From: Ostrea edulis | Lineage: Eukaryota | Reading direction: 5' to 3' | Assembly: GCF_947568905.1 (NCBI RefSeq) | Contig: NC_079167.1 | Span: forward strand, 31,620,001-31,684,000 | DNA length: 64,000 bases | Shown: positions 60,823-64,000 of the stretch, one piece after another | Layout: each line of letters starts with the position of its first letter | Numbering within the stretch: position 1 is the first letter of the stretch | Notes under the pieces: generated by a model | Database searches by the model: none | What the model saw: only the letters and a program-made list of their open reading frames with translations | Told to the model about the DNA's origin: nothing | Translations under genes and position numbers: made by a program

Positions 60823-60925
60823 CATGTTCGTATCATCTAAAGCAGGCAGTGTGTAGCATGTTCATATCATCTAAAACAGGCAGTGTGTAGCATGTTCGTA
60901 TCATCTAAAACAGGCAGTGTGTAGC
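60823..60925. repeat. 34-bp minisatellite, 3 copies
   Basis: Unit catgttcgtatcatctaaaacaggcagtgtgtag. Confidence 0.85.
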
Positions 60926-62237
60926 TTGTTTCCGATTCTGTGCTTGACCTATATGAGTGTAAATTTAATGTGAAGTTCCTACATAAGATGTTATAAATCA
61001 CGTAAAACACTGTTTTATAGCTTCTTATTGTGGTATCTTGTCCCCTCATAAAACTGAATTTGCAGACTTTCTGAGCAGCTGATAAGATTGTCGATTTGTT
61101 TCGGACCTGTACATAAAGCATAAGTTTCCTCTGAATTATGTCAGAATTTATTCTTCTGATATAATTAATTAATATACAAACTGTATGTCTTATTTCAAAA
61201 TACATGTTATTTCTGTTTGCAAACTATGAAAAATGCATATTTCATTTGTATTTATTTAGCATATAAGTCAAGTTTGATGTTGCAAAAAGTATGAATTTAA
61301 ATAAATCTGTAGTTTTGTTGGGGGAAATACCAGTTCTAGAAAAATACATACAGTTGATATGCCAAAATGTACATATTTGTAGGCCAGGATGATGCATATT
61401 GTGTGCGCGCCTTAGTTTGATTTTAGCATTACTTTAAATGAGCTATTATGAGAAATTGATGTGGGATTTCCAGGAGTAGAACAAAAGGACCAATCAGAAT
61501 GTCCAGCTACACTTAGAGCGGGTCACGTACGTGTACTCATACGTGACAGGTCTTGTCATTAATCACTTCTTTTATTGTAATTCATTCTTCACTCAGCACA
61601 ACATGGTTGCTGTTTTGTGAAATAATGCATTTTTCTTATTTTCTATTTTGACAAAATATTTTGTTTTCTGTGCTCGAAATCGGAAATGAAGGAAATAATG
61701 ATAGATTATTCCTAGGATGACAATTTAAAAAAAAAAAAGTTAAATGCCATCTAGGTGGCGATGCTTGTGAGACGATAAATACCATTGCAAAACTGGTGTC
61801 GCCAACTTTCACACGAGGAAAAACACCGCGTATGATTTACCACTATAGAGAACTGCAACGAATACAATGTTTCCACCTGGAACAAACACATGCAGAAAAC
61901 AAGAAAGATAACTCTGATTTTCCTCTTTAAATTAACAATTTTAAAATAAGTTTAGATTTTTTTTTTACAAATCTAAACTACAAATGTATGAATTATTTTT
62001 CCTTTATTTATTTGCATTTTTAAATGCGTCATATATATTTAATGATTAAAATCATTTCGTGCTGGTTGCTTAAGATATTCAGTACGCGTTAGGTTTTAAG
62101 TGGTTTTCTATATATGTCAAATGATTTCCCCCTTTCTCTCTGAGCGTAAGGTACAATGTATTAATATGAAAAGATCTTTCTCTCTCTCTCTTTCTCTCTC
62201 CCCTCTCTCTGAGCGTAAGGTACAATGTATTCATAAG

Positions 62238-62268
<31 letters not shown>

Positions 62269-62369
62269 GACACTTAGCACAAGAATTCCAAACATTTATT
62301 TGAATTAAACAAATCAGCATCCAACCACAACTGAATATTCTCTACAGAGATGCCCATAGTTATCGTCTT

Positions 62370-62508
62370 CCCCTCCCATCTATCAGGGCCGGTGACACTA
62401 TATGGATCCCCTCCCATCTATCGGGGCCGGTGACACTATACGGACCCCCTCCCATCTATCAGGGCTGGTGACACTATACGGACCCCCTCCCATCTATCAG
62501 GGCCGGCG
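62370..62508. repeat. 38-bp minisatellite, ~3.6 copies
   Basis: Unit ctcccatctatcagggccggtgacactatacggacccc. Confidence 0.88.
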
Positions 62509-63799
62509 ACGCTTTTTGCACGACAGCACGTACAATGACGGTTGGTACATATTGTGGTTGACGGATGACAATATGTACTGTAAGGGTATGTACATATGCC
62601 GAACAACAATATATACTGTCACCTCATCTCTCCACCAACAGTCAAACAGCCTTTAGTGTTACTTGACTATTGGTAACGTGTAAGTAAATTTTGTGAGATT
62701 TTTTATTGTTAACTATGTAGTAACACATGGGGTTTCACAAAACAGGGTCTGTTCTCGGAAACTGGGTAGATCCCTTTCTAGGTTAACGTTTTCTCAAAAA
62801 ATAAGTTTATATTCAACGTTCATGGTCACTGGATGGGGTTCTTTATGCTAGGCAGCATACTAAGACTGATAAATATCGTACGAAAGGCAAGCGAATTCAA
62901 ATTGTCTACCCAGTGACGGAGTCCCTCAGATATCAATAGGAATACCTATTTTTGTACAAGACAGTGCAGATACAAGTGACACAGGATAGATCAAGATCTT
63001 AAATTTTGGGAATTTCCTTCCATATACCTTACCTTTTACTTGACCTCTTTGTTACGGAAAGTCAATGCAAGTTCGATGAATTTGTATACAATTATACCGA
63101 ACAAACGGACAAGATATTTTGTTCCCGTCGCAACTCTACCATCTGTTTAAAAAAAACACACACACACAAACGAACGCTGCGTACCTGCTATCTTTTCCTT
63201 ATTTATTTGGGAGGGAATGGCGTGATGTGTTATTGGATTTGTGTAGTTGTAATAAATTCGATAAAAGTAAAAATATATTTAGCTGAACATGGATTCATGT
63301 CAATAGCAACGCGTTGTTAATACCTTGTTTCTGTCATATGAGATGCAAGCGACGCCAGTGATGAACACGTGATATTTTATAGGTTTGAACATTGTGCGAC
63401 TTCTAAACTGATTTAAGGAATGGTTTCATACAGTTACAATAATTTTTTTTAGTTCTCAAATTCTAACCATTAGATCGTAAAAACGACATGGATCAGCTCA
63501 AAATTTGCATTAATCACGTAAACATTTTTTTCAATTACACCAAAATTGTATTACACAAATTGTCTTTATGAAATTTCCATTGGGAGCTCGGAAAAATGGC
63601 AATTTAGTTCGACGCGTTTTCGCATTTCATAAATTTAAAAAAAACATAACCGTGAAAACGTAAAGAAAAAAGAAATGATATCGGAGTAATTCTAAGTGAT
63701 GTCATATTGTGATAGGACTAACCGTACAGTATAAATCAGCTAGATTCATTGAGTTTAAGATATCAATATTGTGTGACGTCAGTCACGTCACGATATACA

Positions 63800-63803
<4 letters not shown>

Positions 63804-63865
<62 letters not shown>
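63804..63865. repeat. (TA)n(CA)n microsatellite
   Basis: Directly visible. A similar (TA)n run is at ~1157-1192 and a (GA)n run at ~43902-43941. Confidence 0.95.
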
Positions 63866-63868
<3 letters not shown>

Positions 63869-64000
63869 CTGCGTCGATGTTCAGTCGTATTTGTATCTTA
63901 CAAAATATATATTGATTATATGGAAGTTGTATACCCGATTCAAGATGAAGTGAAATAAAGTTCATTGCCTGCTTTCTTCGGATGCGACCGCAAAAACCGA

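Overview
Eukaryotic, AT-rich and repeat-rich genomic DNA. The repeat families suggest a bivalve mollusc, probably an oyster; this is inference and no database search was run. Host genes: (i) four two-exon prostanoid-receptor-like (EP4-like) GPCR genes in tandem on the minus strand, each with a phase-0 intron at the end of TM6; (ii) a five-exon thioredoxin (WCGPC) on the plus strand between GPCR copies 1 and 2; (iii) two inward-rectifier K+ channel (Kir) ORFs with uninterrupted coding sequence, arranged head-to-head. The rest is mobile DNA: Penelope-like RT fragments and 3' tails, SINEs, two Tc1 relics, Helentron-like non-autonomous elements, MITEs and minisatellites. Two unannotated signals stand out. 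First, a ~351-nt repeat carries a complete minimal type-I hammerhead ribozyme with a palindromic stem III (six motifs, two tandem pairs ~350 nt apart), i.e. a candidate non-LTR retrozyme/circRNA system. Second, a ~5-kb pogo-superfamily (DD35D) transposon carries, inside its terminal repeats, an intact ORF resembling a stand-alone HIRAN domain. Exon boundaries were read by eye from GT/AG sites; repeat boundaries are approximate.
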